From Raillietiella orientalis (taxonomy: Eukaryota): DNA of 48,214 nucleotides. The notes beneath the pieces are model-generated. The model made no database searches. It was not told the DNA's origin and saw only the letters and a list, made by a program, of their open reading frames with translations. How positions within the stretch are numbered: position 1 is the first letter of the stretch; each line of letters begins with the position of its first letter. The stretch spans positions 1 to 48,214 of the forward strand of contig JAYWIR010000167.1 in the NCBI GenBank assembly GCA_036172245.1, given 5' to 3'. The translations under genes and the position numbers were made by a program. Below, piece by piece: positions 11,421-22,708 of the stretch.

Positions 11421-14400
11421 CAAACGCAGGAGAGCGTACGCATCTCCGGAGGGCGGCTGTGGTAACGGTGTGTAACATCGAGAAGTTATGATGCCGCCTA
11501 CCTGCTTCGGCCCGCCATCGAGGCCGCCGCCCGTTGAGTGCGGTTCGACGATCACGGTCGTGTCGGCCAGCTGAATCTCAGTTGGTCCGACTCGATCGAC
11601 ATGAACGTCATGAACGTTTGCTCCAAGAGCGGAGCGCACCTGACGAAAAGGAGGGCCAGGGAAGAATTTTTTTTTGCCCTCCATGGCGACTGGTTGAGCG
11701 AGGCAGGCGTGCGGAATGTTCGTCTGGTTTCAGGCGATTTTAACTTTCGTCTGAATCCGGATGGGTCGAATCCCGAGCGCGACCTGGTCAACGAGGTATT
11801 CGAGGCAGTGCACACTTGTAATTTCTTGGCCAGTGTACCAGGGCTGGAGGACAACATCGATCACGTGTTTCTCGACGAGCACCAGTGCACTCGTGTGGGC
11901 TGGCGCTGCAAGTTACCGTACGAGATCTCCGACCATCGACCAATCGTGAGTGAAATTCATCCGCGCGACAGGGGCCCACCCTCGTCAGCGTGGCGTTTGC
12001 CAGAGGACTGGCTGAAGCTCCCGGACGCTACGGAAGATCTCCGCACGTTCATACGGAGCTTTAGGATGCAGACACTCCACGATTGGGACCGCTTCAAAGG
12101 GTCGGTCCAGGAGTTCTGCGAACAGTTCGCTCTGCTCCGCCTACCTGCAAGATTTGGGTTCGGGGTACGTTACGAACGAGCCTATCTGCAGGCTCGCCGT
12201 TTCGCCAGGACCCCGCGACATCCGCATGCTGGCGGAATACAAAGCGGGAGCCGAGAGGCAAGCCTGGCAGTCTGGATCGGCCAGATTGCTGGACGATAAG
12301 GGCCAGGAGCATTCGGCACTCGCTCAGATCCGCGGTCCGCTGCGGCGTTTTTACTCTTCCCTGTACCCAAGAACGCCTCCGGAGCGGGGTTTCTCACGAC
12401 TCCTGCTTCCGGAATTCGCTCTTGCGATCGAAGAAGAGGAGAAAAAGTCCCTCGACGAGCCTTTCACGATGGGCAAGATCCTCTCGGCCATCGGAAAGGT
12501 CAAGATGCGCAAGGCTCCAGGAAAGGACGGCCTGTTAGCGGAGTTTTATTAAACTTTTGCGGCTGAGCTTACCCCTTCTGGTACAGCAACTCACCTTGCT
12601 GATACGCGAGACAGGTAACGTTCCCGCCTCGTTTCGTTCGGCAAAGGTGCGGCTTCTCCCTAAGGGAGGAGATCTGAGGAGCATGAACAAGTGGCGTCCT
12701 ATCATAATAGTGAATGCGGATGCCAGGTTGATAGCTAACGTTTGGGCTGAGCGCTTGGAAGGGGTTGCAAACACCTTCATCAGCCTGGAACAGACGTATG
12801 GTGTTCCGGGGCGAGGCATCAAGGCGAACATGTTCCACGTTTCCACCTGGCTAGAGCTCTAACACGAAAAAAGCTTGATGCACACCGGGAATTCCGGTGA
12901 GTCCGTCAGCCATGCGACGGATGGTCGGGTGGGGGAAGGAGGCCTTGCGGTCGCAATCGACTTGCGGAAAGCATTCGATTGCGTCGACCAGAATCTCCTA
13001 CTGGAGCTTTTAGAAGTCTTGGGCTTCCCGTCCTCATTATTAACCTATCTGCGCTCTAGCTAGCGCGATTCGCAAATCAATGTTACTATCAGCAAGCATA
13101 CTGTTCACGGCGTGCCGGTGCGAGGTATGATCAGGTAGGGAGACAACCTGAGCCCCTTGCTCTTCAGTACCTACTTTGAGTTGGTACTGAGAGCGTACAG
13201 GGAAACTCTGGCGCACCTGCCGCATGAATGCGCCGGAACGCCTGCGGTTTCAGTATATGCGGACGACCTTCTGCTACTGTTCCCTATGTCCACCCCTACT
13301 TCGGCGGTGAAGAAGTTCTTCGACCTGCTAAATCGAGGAACCGGGCTTACGGTGAACAGGGCGAAGTCGTCCGTGATGCCAGTTGGTGCGGCGTGGGCAA
13401 AGCAGCAGGACTGGGTCCGTTTGGGGATGCACACGTTGAGGTACCTCAAGTACCTTGGTGTGCCGTTGGGGGATTTATCCCCTGCGGAAGCGTGGTCCGG
13501 CCGCCTTCAAAAAGTAGAGACGGCAATCAACCCATTCCGTGGCGGCAGGTTTTTCCTGCCTGAACGGGCTGCGGTTTGGAAGATGTTCGCGGCTCCTCTC
13601 CTCCGTTTTCTGCTTTTTGTTTGCCCCCCAACAAAGAGCATCAGAAAGCGTACGAAGCACCTCCTCCGTATCGCCCTTTGGGGCAACGGGAGGGCCCGAG
13701 TGCGCTTAAAGGACTTGTGCGCTCCGCGTCGAGACGGTGGTCTCGGCCTCCTGACATTAGAGCGGCTGGAGCTGCAGCTGCAGTTCCGGATTTTGGCGCT
13801 TGTGTTGGAGTTGTGGTGCACCTGTTGGTGCGTCCCTGCACGTCTCCTTCAGCAAGCCACCGCCAAGACGGGAATTACATCGTTTCTTGCACTCCATCGA
13901 AGCCGCATTAACGGATGTGGGCTTCAGCTACGGAGGGTGGCTGCGCTGGCAAGGAAAAATCAAGGATGGATCACCTGTGTCCCCGCGAACGGTAGTGCCT
14001 AATTGCAGGTAACCGTTAGCACGTGGATACAGTTCGGCATGCTACCCTCATAACAGAAACGAAGGTTCCAGTTAGGGTGTTACAGAAGTTGCACACTTCG
14101 TGAGATCCTGGAGGATCCTAAGAAGAGAGCGTGGTCAGGAAGAACCCCCCTCTCTGCTGCGCTGGACTCCCTATTGAAACATAAGGACAGCGATGTTGCG
14201 GCTTAGTAAGAGCTTACAATGAAAATCTCCAAGAAGGAGAAGAAGCAGAGAGAGTGGAAGACGGGCTAGCTAACTGATGCTTTTACCCCGAGAACGCCTC
14301 CTAATGGACTTCTGCGCTGGCAAGCGCTGATGGATGTTCCGATTGAACATTTGAAGTGGCGCCCGGTTCTTATGAACACTTCCATCCTCCTCCTAAAACG

Positions 14401-15073
14401 GCAAGAGTCGGCATTCCTGTTTCAACACTGAGGACTCCCCTGCAACGCCCGTCGACATCGCTGGACCTAAGAAGCGGTGGATCCCAATTGTGTAAGGTGC
14501 GGGGAACGGGAGTCCCTCCCCCACCTCCCAGTGGATTGTGTTGCCCTTCGGCCCCTTTAGTTCCGCTTTGCCGCGGCCATCGTTATCCCTTGCGGCAACC
14601 CCAGGGACGCACTAAAAGCCTTCTTCGTTGCCGAAGCCCTCTGGCCAGCGTTCTGGATAGCAGCCTTGTGCTGCCTTCGTGGGATCGTCGCCCCATGGAG
14701 CACGGCGCCGACGGGAGAACCTAGCGATCAAAACGCCATCCAGTGCGCCTCTTAATTCTTAAGGAGGGCGTCGCAATGGCCCCACCTGGATGTTCACAAC
14801 AAACAAGAGCTTCCCAGCATTCTGAAAGGAATGATGCGGCCCCAGCAGCATCAGTGATCCCTTCCCGTTCCCTCCCACCATTTGTTTCTTCTTGTTTAGT
14901 TTTTAGTTTTTCCCCTTTCTTCTAGTGCCTTGGTGGAACGTACCGGTCTAGAAACCAATGAATTGGCAGGCTCCGTGGTTCTTTGCTTCTGGCTGGAGCA
15001 TTGCCACAGCCATAAATAATTTCTTTGTAAAGTTTATTTTTTTAATAAACGACCCGGAGAAATCCGGGTGAAA
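11421..15073 (+). mobile_element. 5'-truncated LINE D+ (C-like ORF2 pseudogene 11421-14857, 3' UTR, AATAAA+hairpin end)
   Basis: Starts inside EN (ISGGRLW*RC..VRFDDHGRVGQL, GDFN, SDH); RT motifs KAPGKDG, WRPI, DLRKAFD, YADD; many stops. Ends AATAAA 15044-15049 + ACCCGGA-GAAA-TCCGGGT. Confidence 0.9.
15033..15073 (+). terminator. 3'-terminal signal of D+: inverted TTTATT..AATAAA plus 7-bp GAAA-tetraloop hairpin
   Basis: ACCCGGA(15052-58) GAAA TCCGGGT(15063-69); same layout at the B1, C1 and F ends. Confidence 0.7.
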
Positions 15074-15074
15074 A

Positions 15075-16792
15075 TCGAACGCCTTGTGGAGATCGACCGC
15101 GACCGCCAAGGCACCTGGCGTTCCCTTCTGCCGTCAATGCCTGTTCTTCTTGCCTGCGGCAGTGACTTTCGCAGCAGCCTGGCTTTTCTGCGCCACAACT
15201 TCACGCAGCTGGATCCATGTACGCTCGAAAAGGATGTTCGCCTCCATGGATTGTATCGGAACCGCGTAGGTTTGTTCCGGGCTCACCGCAGATTCCGCGA
15301 TACTTCCTAACCGCGCGACCCACTGCTTGGAAAACAACTTGACGACCGAGTTTGCCAAGGTGATCGGACGCCAGTAGTTAAGTTGACGCAAGTCACCGCC
15401 TTCCGACAGGAGACGCAACTTCGCTGAGCGGGAGGAATCCGGGACATTCCCGGATTCACTCATCAGCGTCGCGAGTCTCAGCATCAAGGGAATGAGCTCC
15501 ACTTTAAAGCACTGATAAAACTCTGCAAGGAGCCCATCCTCGCCTGGCGCCTTTCGTCTCTTCAGCCTAGCGATGGCGGACGAAAAGTCATCCGCCGTGA
15601 AGGGCTCGTTGAGACGTTCGCATTCCTCCTCGCCGACAACACGAGCATCCTGAGAAAGGAGTATCTCAGATAGGATATGCTCCTTAGGGGATTCCGCGTA
15701 CAGCAAGAAGTAGTAGCGTCTCACAATGCGGCGTACTTCGGCTGAAGCCGAACATTCCTGGCCCTTGTCGTCCAACAGGCATGCTGCTGCGGACTGCCAG
15801 ACCTGGCGCTCGGCCCTCACCTTGTACCCTACGAGACGCCCGACATCCGCGCGTCTCGAAAACGTGCGGGCCTGCAGAAAGTCTCTACTGTTGGCCACAC
15901 CCTCTTCGAAACCGCGTGGAAGCCGGCGCAAGGGGAGTTGGCAACAGAACTCGCGGACAGATGTTTTGAGATCGTCCCAGTCCGCAAGTTCTTGAATGGC
16001 AAAGCCTTGGAGGTATCCACGTAGGTGGTCCGCAGCCTCCGGTTGGCTAAGCCAATCCGCCTGCATCCTCCAGCTTTGCAACGGAGGACCCCTGCCTGGC
16101 GGAAGGATCTCAAACTCCAACCTGTGGTGGTCAGAAAGCTCAGTCAACAATCTTCCTCTCCTACCCACAGGCGAATGCAGGTTTTCATCGAGGAAAACGT
16201 GATCGAGCGATCTTTTCATTCCAGGTTCGCTGACCATCAAGTTGGCGGCGTGCACGGACGCGCACATCTCGATGGGCAGCGCGCGCTCCCTCGGGCGGCT
16301 CCAATCGTCGGAGAGCAGGCGGACGTTGAAGTCCCCAGCGACGACGGGCGCCACTTGGAAGCCGGAGTTGTTGAGCCACTGGCTCTGCACCTCACCAAAG
16401 AAAGCTACTCTTTCTTCGAGGTAGCGAGAGCAACTCGGCGCGTAGACGTTCGTCACGACGGGATCGATGGACTCGGACCACTTGATGACAAGCTGGCCTA
16501 TCCGTCCGTTGTCATCGAAACGAACACTACGCACCGCTTCCGCTATTTTTCCTCTTACGAGGAACGCGACGCCGCACGTGTGTGCGCCGCGGCACCGCCA
16601 ATGTACCGTTCCGCCTGCGCGCTCCTCGATTTCGGCTGCCTGCTCGTCGGAGATTACGTGAACCTCCTGCAGCAGCGCGAGGTCGAAGGGGCGCAGGGCG
16701 TTGGCTACTAATCGCCTCTTCTCGTCGTTCTGCAGTCCGTTCACGTTCCTACACGTTACGGACAGACGACGAGAAAACGCGATTCCCCGCAT
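15075..16792 (-). pseudogene. B2 ORF2, EN plus RT N-terminal part, truncated
   Basis: 552-aa ORF nearly identical to the N-terminal half of B1 ORF2. Confidence 0.9.
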
Positions 16793-18738
16793 TACTGCTG
16801 GGAAGGTGGCAGCTTTTTGCTCGCTTTATCCGGCGAGCAGACGGCGAGCAGCACGACTGGCTGGAGGGGACGGTCGCCACCGTCCTCTGTCGTGCTGCAT
16901 GCATGTAATGCCTCCACGCCAGGCTGAACCCCGTCGGGTTTCGTGGAGACATCGCGTTGCTTCGCGGCGAGCGTTGCCTGGCTGCCTACTTTTGATCGGC
17001 GCGCACACGCTTTCGAACGAGTTGTCCTCGTCTCGGTGATCGGAACGGCATCCATTTCGGAGTCCGACCGGCGCATGTTCGATCGGATTTCGGCCTTCCG
17101 CGAAGCAGTGACAGGTTCTGCTGGATTGACAGCTGTCCTGTTTTCGTTTTCCGTCACCAGAGCATCGCGTTTGGTGACGGCTGCTTTCCCGGCGCGCGCG
17201 TTTACAGCGTGCTCACGCGCAGTTGCACGAGGGACCCTTGCTGAAGTCTTCTTTACTTCATTACGGTTCCTCACTTCGCGTGGCGCCGTAAATGGAGATT
17301 GTGCTCCATGGCCATCTTTGAAGCCATCCGCGTCTTTGGACGGGAGCACTTTCGATGGCTCCGACACGCTCGTCATGGACGCTGCCTTCGGAAGGGCTTT
17401 TAATCCCTTCGTAGGCATGGCATCCGCGCCAGTCGAGAGCTTGCTCTCCGACTGCGACGACGTGAGATTTTTCTCCGCTTTCGCGGTGTTGGATCGCGAC
17501 GCGGATTTTTTTTTGCCGACTTTCGAAGTCGAAACGGCACAACCCTTCTTACCCGATTTGGGCTTCTCAGCCACTGCAGGAGGTGAAGGAATGGATCTGA
17601 CGGTACTGGAAGTGTCCTTACCGCCGTTGTCCATTGGCGTCCCCGCCGGTTGCTCGAACTCCGAGAGAGCCGGGCGTGCTTGGGAAGGACAGCTATTGCG
17701 CCTAGGAGGACTTACCATTGCCCCGGATTCCCCGCACCCTTTCTTTTGCGGCTCCCCTGCCGCGAGAGGGGGTGCGCAGGGCTTTGCGTGCGAGGTTTCC
17801 TGCTGCTTTGGGGCGACATTCCGCCTCGCGTTTTTTCCGAATTTCTGCCGTGGGGTCTCCAGGTTTTTCGCAGATATTTTCTTTTTATCCGCGCTTTGTT
17901 TTCTAGGATGGAGCTCCGCGGCTGGCTTTTTTCGCAAAAGATCCGGTCAATTTTTCAATTGGTGCCCGGATAGTTTGCAATAACGGCATTTTCCAGAGGG
18001 GCATTTATCCAAACAATGCCCCTCCTTCCCGCATTGCTCGCACGTTTTTACTTTGCCCACGAACCACAGGTGAACGACCGTGTCTTTCATTTGTAGTTTC
18101 GTGGGCAGCAGACGGCGGTCCGGCATTGTAAGCCGGACTCCAGCGACTCCGCTATGTATGGACGGGAACTCCTTGAGGTTGCTACGCATCCTCCACAGCG
18201 CATGGACCGTGGCGAATTTCGCCAACGCGTTCCGAATATCAGTATCGGAGATTTCCGACTCGATGTCGAAAATCTCCACCACAAATGAGGCGTCCATGGC
18301 GGATGGGAAGACCTTCTGGCCACGGATCGACAACGGGGTGCGTAGCAAGCGTTGCTCAAGTGCAGCGTCTTTGCAACGCACCTTGAAATAGCCCATGTCT
18401 TTTACGGGCATAATGGCGAGAAGGTCCTCCTCCCGCACGCCAACACGGGTCAGTTCATCGTTGAACTGATTCCCTTCGCGCGCAGAAAGAAAACCACTCA
18501 TTTTATATCGGAGGGCAGGTCTATAGCCTTGGGCTACGTATGCCCGCAACTCCGACTCGTCGAGTGGTTTCCCTTTGACGGCTGCTGTGGCAGCAACGTC
18601 AGCAAAACTCCTCTCCATTGGCGAGAAAGACGAAGTGGAGGCGGCCGTCGGTTCCGCGATTGCAGATCCGGATGCTGTTTCTCCAACTTCAGTAGCTTCA
18701 AGTTGGGTCGACATCGTCGTCAAAATGTACGACGCCAA
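16792..18738 (-). pseudogene. B2 ORF1, with a nonsense mutation in the second zinc knuckle
   Basis: ORFs 17947-18738 and 16792-17937 together equal the 648-aa B1 ORF1. Confidence 0.88.
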
Positions 18739-18801
18739 GATGAAGCGGATGAAAGCACGGAGACGAGAGCGAAGAAAAACACGTCCGCACTCGATTGAAA
18801 T

Positions 18802-18844
18802 TTATCACCCGGTCACGCCGGGGCGTTTATTAATAATAATAAAC
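18802..18844 (-). terminator. 3'-terminal signal of B1: AATAAA + CCCGG/CCGGG hairpin
   Basis: Directly precedes the TSD; no poly(A) tail. Confidence 0.72.
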
Positions 18845-19114
18845 TGGTCAGGGACAATGTCCTTAACCAACAGAACGACAGAGAACATAGAAAAATTACC
18901 GGCACGCAGGCCTGGTAAACAAACCGCTCGCAGCGTGGGAGGAATGAGGGGAAACAAACAAAAATCAAAAACTGGAGGGAAGGGTAACGGGTTTTTGGTT
19001 AGGCTCCGTACTCACGGGGATTTAAACGATGAGCACCTAAACTGTTCCGGAGCCTATGGGGACGCGGGTGTAAAAAGAAAATACAAAAATAGTTTATGGA
19101 GGGTAGGGCAATGA

Positions 19115-22100
19115 TCACCGGGTTGGCCGCTGCTGAGCGTGTGTAAACCGGCGGTGTATTGCGGCGAGATTCCTCTTTGTCTCCTCTGTCAAATGAGGCC
19201 ATCTAGATGATGCTCCCATGTAGAAGGATGCTTTGCTTATTACCTCTTGGTGCTGTCCGTTGATTACCAACGCCTGGCGGACGGAAACTATCGCGCGTAT
19301 GCAACCGATGGTTGCAATCCTTGCGCTTAGTGAAAGCCCGCTCGGCGTGAAGAATCGTCGCAGCAAGTCTCTTGCGGTGTCCACGGGATGCAATAGTGCT
19401 GTTGCCAGCCTACGCCACAGTCCTTGTAGGACACCGCAGTCCAGAAGTAGGTGCGGAATCGACTCCGTCGATCCGCACCGAACGCAGTTCGCAGACGCAA
19501 GTCCCCCGGAGTCACGATGCCAACGCTCGTTGGACTGAAAACCCCAGTGAACGAAAAGCAGCACGGCTTGTTTCCAAGCAAGGGGGAGCAGCGAACTGTC
19601 CATACACTGTGCAGGGACTACAAGTTCTTCGGGGGTGACAGCAAGTTCTTTTGCCCACCGGAGGAGTCCCTTTGCAGTAACACGAGGAGTGGCGGCGTCC
19701 GCCAACTCACTTGTCTTCCAGGTGCCAAGGAGTTTGGTTTTTCCCGCTATCGTGCAGGAAACCTCCCACCTCGCCGGTTGGTAACTGTGGTTTCTTGCCC
19801 TGAGGGCAGACAGCGCGGCGGCAAGAGGCGTGGCAGCCAGGGTAGAAAACTTCACCTCGTCCTGCAGTACTTCTTCCAAGGATCGTGGAAAAAATTGGCG
19901 CAGGGGGCGAAGATCTTCAGGGCGTATTCCTTGGAACGCCGCCCAGGATTCAACAGACTCCTGCCGCCAAGCTTCAAAGTTCATTGGGCGGCAGGAGATC
20001 CACGAGTGTGCTTCCAGAAGTGCGGTCAACTGCCGCAATGGAAACCCGAAACCCCGCTTTCTGTATTGAGTGCCCGGCAGAAGCGAGAGAAATCCTCCGC
20101 TGCCGGCGCATCTCCGCAGGAGAATGCGAGCTGGCACACACAGGGGGGATGTCCATAGCTGGGCACACAGTGCCAGCAGTCGGAACTGCACCTGCAGTCC
20201 GATTCGCTCCATTGTCAGGATACCCAAACCAGCATCCCGACGCGGAGCTGACAAATCTTTAAGGCGGATCCTGGATCTCGCCGGACCCCAGAGAGCGTTC
20301 CTGAGCAGGCGCTCAGCCCGCTGTTTCGCCGCATAGGGGGGGTCCAAAACAAAAAACAGGGGACGGAGGAGGGGGGCCACAAAGGTGTTCCAAATAGTCG
20401 CCCGTTCCTGCAAGGTAAACTTGCCGTTAAAGAACGGGCTGATGGCCAACTCTGCTTTCTGAAGACAGTCCGCCCACGCTTCGGCTGCGCCGAAAGCGCC
20501 CAACGGAACGCCAAGGTACTTAAAGTACCCGCCCGTGGGGATCTCCAGGCGGATCCAGTCGGACTGTCCCTCCCACGACGTACCCACAGGAACGACCACT
20601 CTCTTCTCTCTGTTCACGCTCACGCCCGCTCCCCGACGAATCAGGTCGAAGAAATCCTCGACACTGGACGCCGGGGTGGACATGGGGAGCAGAAGAAGCA
20701 GGTCATCAGCGTAGGCAGCCACGGCAGGCGTTCCCGGGCAGGAGCTTGGCAAGTGAGACAGCGTCAGCCTGTATGCTCTTAGCACCAACTCAAAGAAGAT
20801 GCTGAAGAGCAACGGGCTTAAGCTGTCGCCCTGTCGGATGCCCCTACGAACGGGAATACCATACACGCGGCAGCCGCTAAAAGTGATGCAGGTTAGCGCG
20901 TGGCGCCAGCACGCGCGCAAATACAGCAGGAGTTGCGCCGGGAACCCAAGGCGTTCCATAAGCTCCAAGAGGAGCTTCTGGTTTACGCAGTCGAACGCCT
21001 TGTGAAGATCGACCGCGACCGCCAAGGCACCTGGCGTTCCCTCCTGCCGTCGGCGCCTGTTCTTTTTGCCTGCAGCAGTGACTTTCGCAGCAGCCTGGCT
21101 TTGCTGCGCCACAACTTCCTGCAGCTGCATCCATGTACGCGCGAAAAGGATGTTCGCCTCCTTGGATCGTCCCGGAACCGCGTAGGTTTGTTCCGGGCTC
21201 ACCACAGATTCCGCGATTCTTCCTAACCGCGCGACCCACAGCTTGGAAAACAACTTGACGTCCGAGTTCACCAAGGTGATCGGACGCCAGTTGTTAAGTT
21301 GGCGCAAGTCTCCGCCTTTCGGCAGGAGACGCACCTTCGCTGAGCGGAAGGAATCTGGGACATTCCCGGATTCACTCATCAGCGTCGCGAGTTTCAGCAT
21401 CAAGGGAATGAGCTCCACTGCAAAGCACTGATAAAACTCTGCAGGGAGCCCATCCTCGCCTGGCGCCTTTCGTCTCTTCAGCCCAGCGATGGCGGATGAA
21501 AATTCATCCGCCGTGAAGGGCTCGTCGAGACGTTCTCGTTCCTCCTCGTTGACAACACGAGCATCCTGAGATAGGAGTATCTCAGAAAGAATATCCTCCG
21601 TCGGGGATTCCGCGTAGAGCGAGGAGTAGTAGCGTCTCACAATGCGGCGTACTTCGGCTGGGGCCGAACATTCCTGGCCCTTGTCGTCCAACAGGCATGC
21701 TGCTCCGGACTGCCAGACCTGGCGCTCGGCCCTCGCCTTGTACTCTGCGAGACGCCCGACATTTGCGCTTCTCGAAAACGTGCGGGCCTGCAGAAAGTCT
21801 CTACTGTTGGCCACGCCCTCTCCGAAACCGCCTGGAAGCCGGTGCAAGGGGAATTGGCAGCAGAACTCGCGGACAGATCTTTTGACATCGTCCCAGTCCG
21901 CAAGTTCTTGAATGGCAAAGCCTCGGAGGTATCCACGTAGATGCTCCGCAGCCTCCGGTTGGCTAAGCCAATCTGCCTGCATCCTCCAGTTTTGCAACGG
22001 AGGCCCCCTGCCTGGCGGAAGGATCTCAAACTCCAACCTGTGGTGGTCAGAAAGCCTAGTCAACAATCTTCCTCTCCTACCCACACGCGAATGCAGGTTT

Positions 22101-22708
22101 TTATCGAGGAAAACGTGATCGAGCGATCTTTCCATTCCAGGTTCGCTGACCATCAAGTTGGCGGCGTGCACGGACGCGCACATCTCGATGGGCAGCGCGC
22201 GTTCCCTCGGGCGGCTCCAATCGTCGGAGAGCAGGCGGACGTTGAAGTCCCCAGCGACGAGGTGCGCCACTTGGAAACCGGAGTTGTTGAGCCAGTGGCT
22301 CTGCACCTCACCAAAGAAAGCTACTCTTTCTTCGAGGTAGCGAGAGCCACTCGGCGCGTAGACGTTCGTAACGACGAGGTCGATGGACTCGGACCACTTG
22401 ATGACAAGCTGGCCTATCCGTCCGTCGTCATCGAAACGAACACCACGCACCGCTTCCGCCATTCTTCCTCTTATGAGGAACGCGACGCCGCACGTGTGTG
22501 CGCCGCCGCACCGCCAATGTAGCGTTCCGCCTGCGTGCTCCTCGATTTCGGCCGCCTGCTCGTCGGAGATTACGTGAATCTCCTGCAGGAGCGCGAGGTC
22601 GAAGGGGCGCAGGGCGTTGGCTACTAATCGCCTCTTCTCGTCGTTCTGTAGTCCGTTCACGTTCCAACACGTTACGGACAGACAACGAGAAGACGCGATT
22701 CCCCGCAT
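19115..22708 (-). CDS. B1 ORF2: APE endonuclease + reverse transcriptase + C-terminal CCHC finger (1197 aa)
   Basis: WNVNGL, LQEIH, VYAP, GDFN, LDH, SDH; KAPGEDG, WRPITLVNSD, DLHKAFD, GIRQGDSLSP, YADD, KYLG; CVRC...HLLLDC; no stops. Confidence 0.96.
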   Translation of the reverse strand: MRGIASSRCLSVTCWNVNGLQNDEKRRLVANALRPFDLALLQEIHVISDEQAAEIEEHAGGTLHWRCGGAHTCGVAFLIRGRMAEAVRGVRFDDDGRIGQLVIKWSESIDLVVTNVYAPSGSRYLEERVAFFGEVQSHWLNNSGFQVAHLVAGDFNVRLLSDDWSRPRERALPIEMCASVHAANLMVSEPGMERSLDHVFLDKNLHSRVGRRGRLLTRLSDHHRLEFEILPPGRGPPLQNWRMQADWLSQPEAAEHLRGYLRGFAIQELADWDDVKRSVREFCCQFPLHRLPGGFGEGVANSRDFLQARTFSRSANVGRLAEYKARAERQVWQSGAACLLDDKGQECSAPAEVRRIVRRYYSSLYAESPTEDILSEILLSQDARVVNEEERERLDEPFTADEFSSAIAGLKRRKAPGEDGLPAEFYQCFAVELIPLMLKLATLMSESGNVPDSFRSAKVRLLPKGGDLRQLNNWRPITLVNSDVKLFSKLWVARLGRIAESVVSPEQTYAVPGRSKEANILFARTWMQLQEVVAQQSQAAAKVTAAGKKNRRRRQEGTPGALAVAVDLHKAFDCVNQKLLLELMERLGFPAQLLLYLRACWRHALTCITFSGCRVYGIPVRRGIRQGDSLSPLLFSIFFELVLRAYRLTLSHLPSSCPGTPAVAAYADDLLLLLPMSTPASSVEDFFDLIRRGAGVSVNREKRVVVPVGTSWEGQSDWIRLEIPTGGYFKYLGVPLGAFGAAEAWADCLQKAELAISPFFNGKFTLQERATIWNTFVAPLLRPLFFVLDPPYAAKQRAERLLRNALWGPARSRIRLKDLSAPRRDAGLGILTMERIGLQVQFRLLALCAQLWTSPLCVPARILLRRCAGSGGFLSLLPGTQYRKRGFGFPLRQLTALLEAHSWISCRPMNFEAWRQESVESWAAFQGIRPEDLRPLRQFFPRSLEEVLQDEVKFSTLAATPLAAALSALRARNHSYQPARWEVSCTIAGKTKLLGTWKTSELADAATPRVTAKGLLRWAKELAVTPEELVVPAQCMDSSLLPLAWKQAVLLFVHWGFQSNERWHRDSGGLASANCVRCGSTESIPHLLLDCGVLQGLWRRLATALLHPVDTARDLLRRFFTPSGLSLSARIATIGCIRAIVSVRQALVINGQHQEVISKASFYMGASSRWPHLTEETKRNLAAIHRRFTHAQQRPTR

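Larger units (their letters stand above)
15075..18792 (-). mobile_element. LINE copy B2, 3'-truncated inside RT (at the KAFD motif)
   Basis: Close paralog of B1 with the same 5' end. ORF1 18738-16792 has a TGC>TGA stop at ~17947; ORF2 is open from 16792 to 15134 and ends at the D+ 3' terminus. Confidence 0.93.

Noticed and set aside
19115..22708. RT as group II intron, retron, DGR or LTR-element enzyme
   Set aside because: The N-terminal APE domain, upstream zinc-knuckle ORF1, C-terminal CCHC, TSDs and absence of integrase, protease or LTRs identify a non-LTR element.
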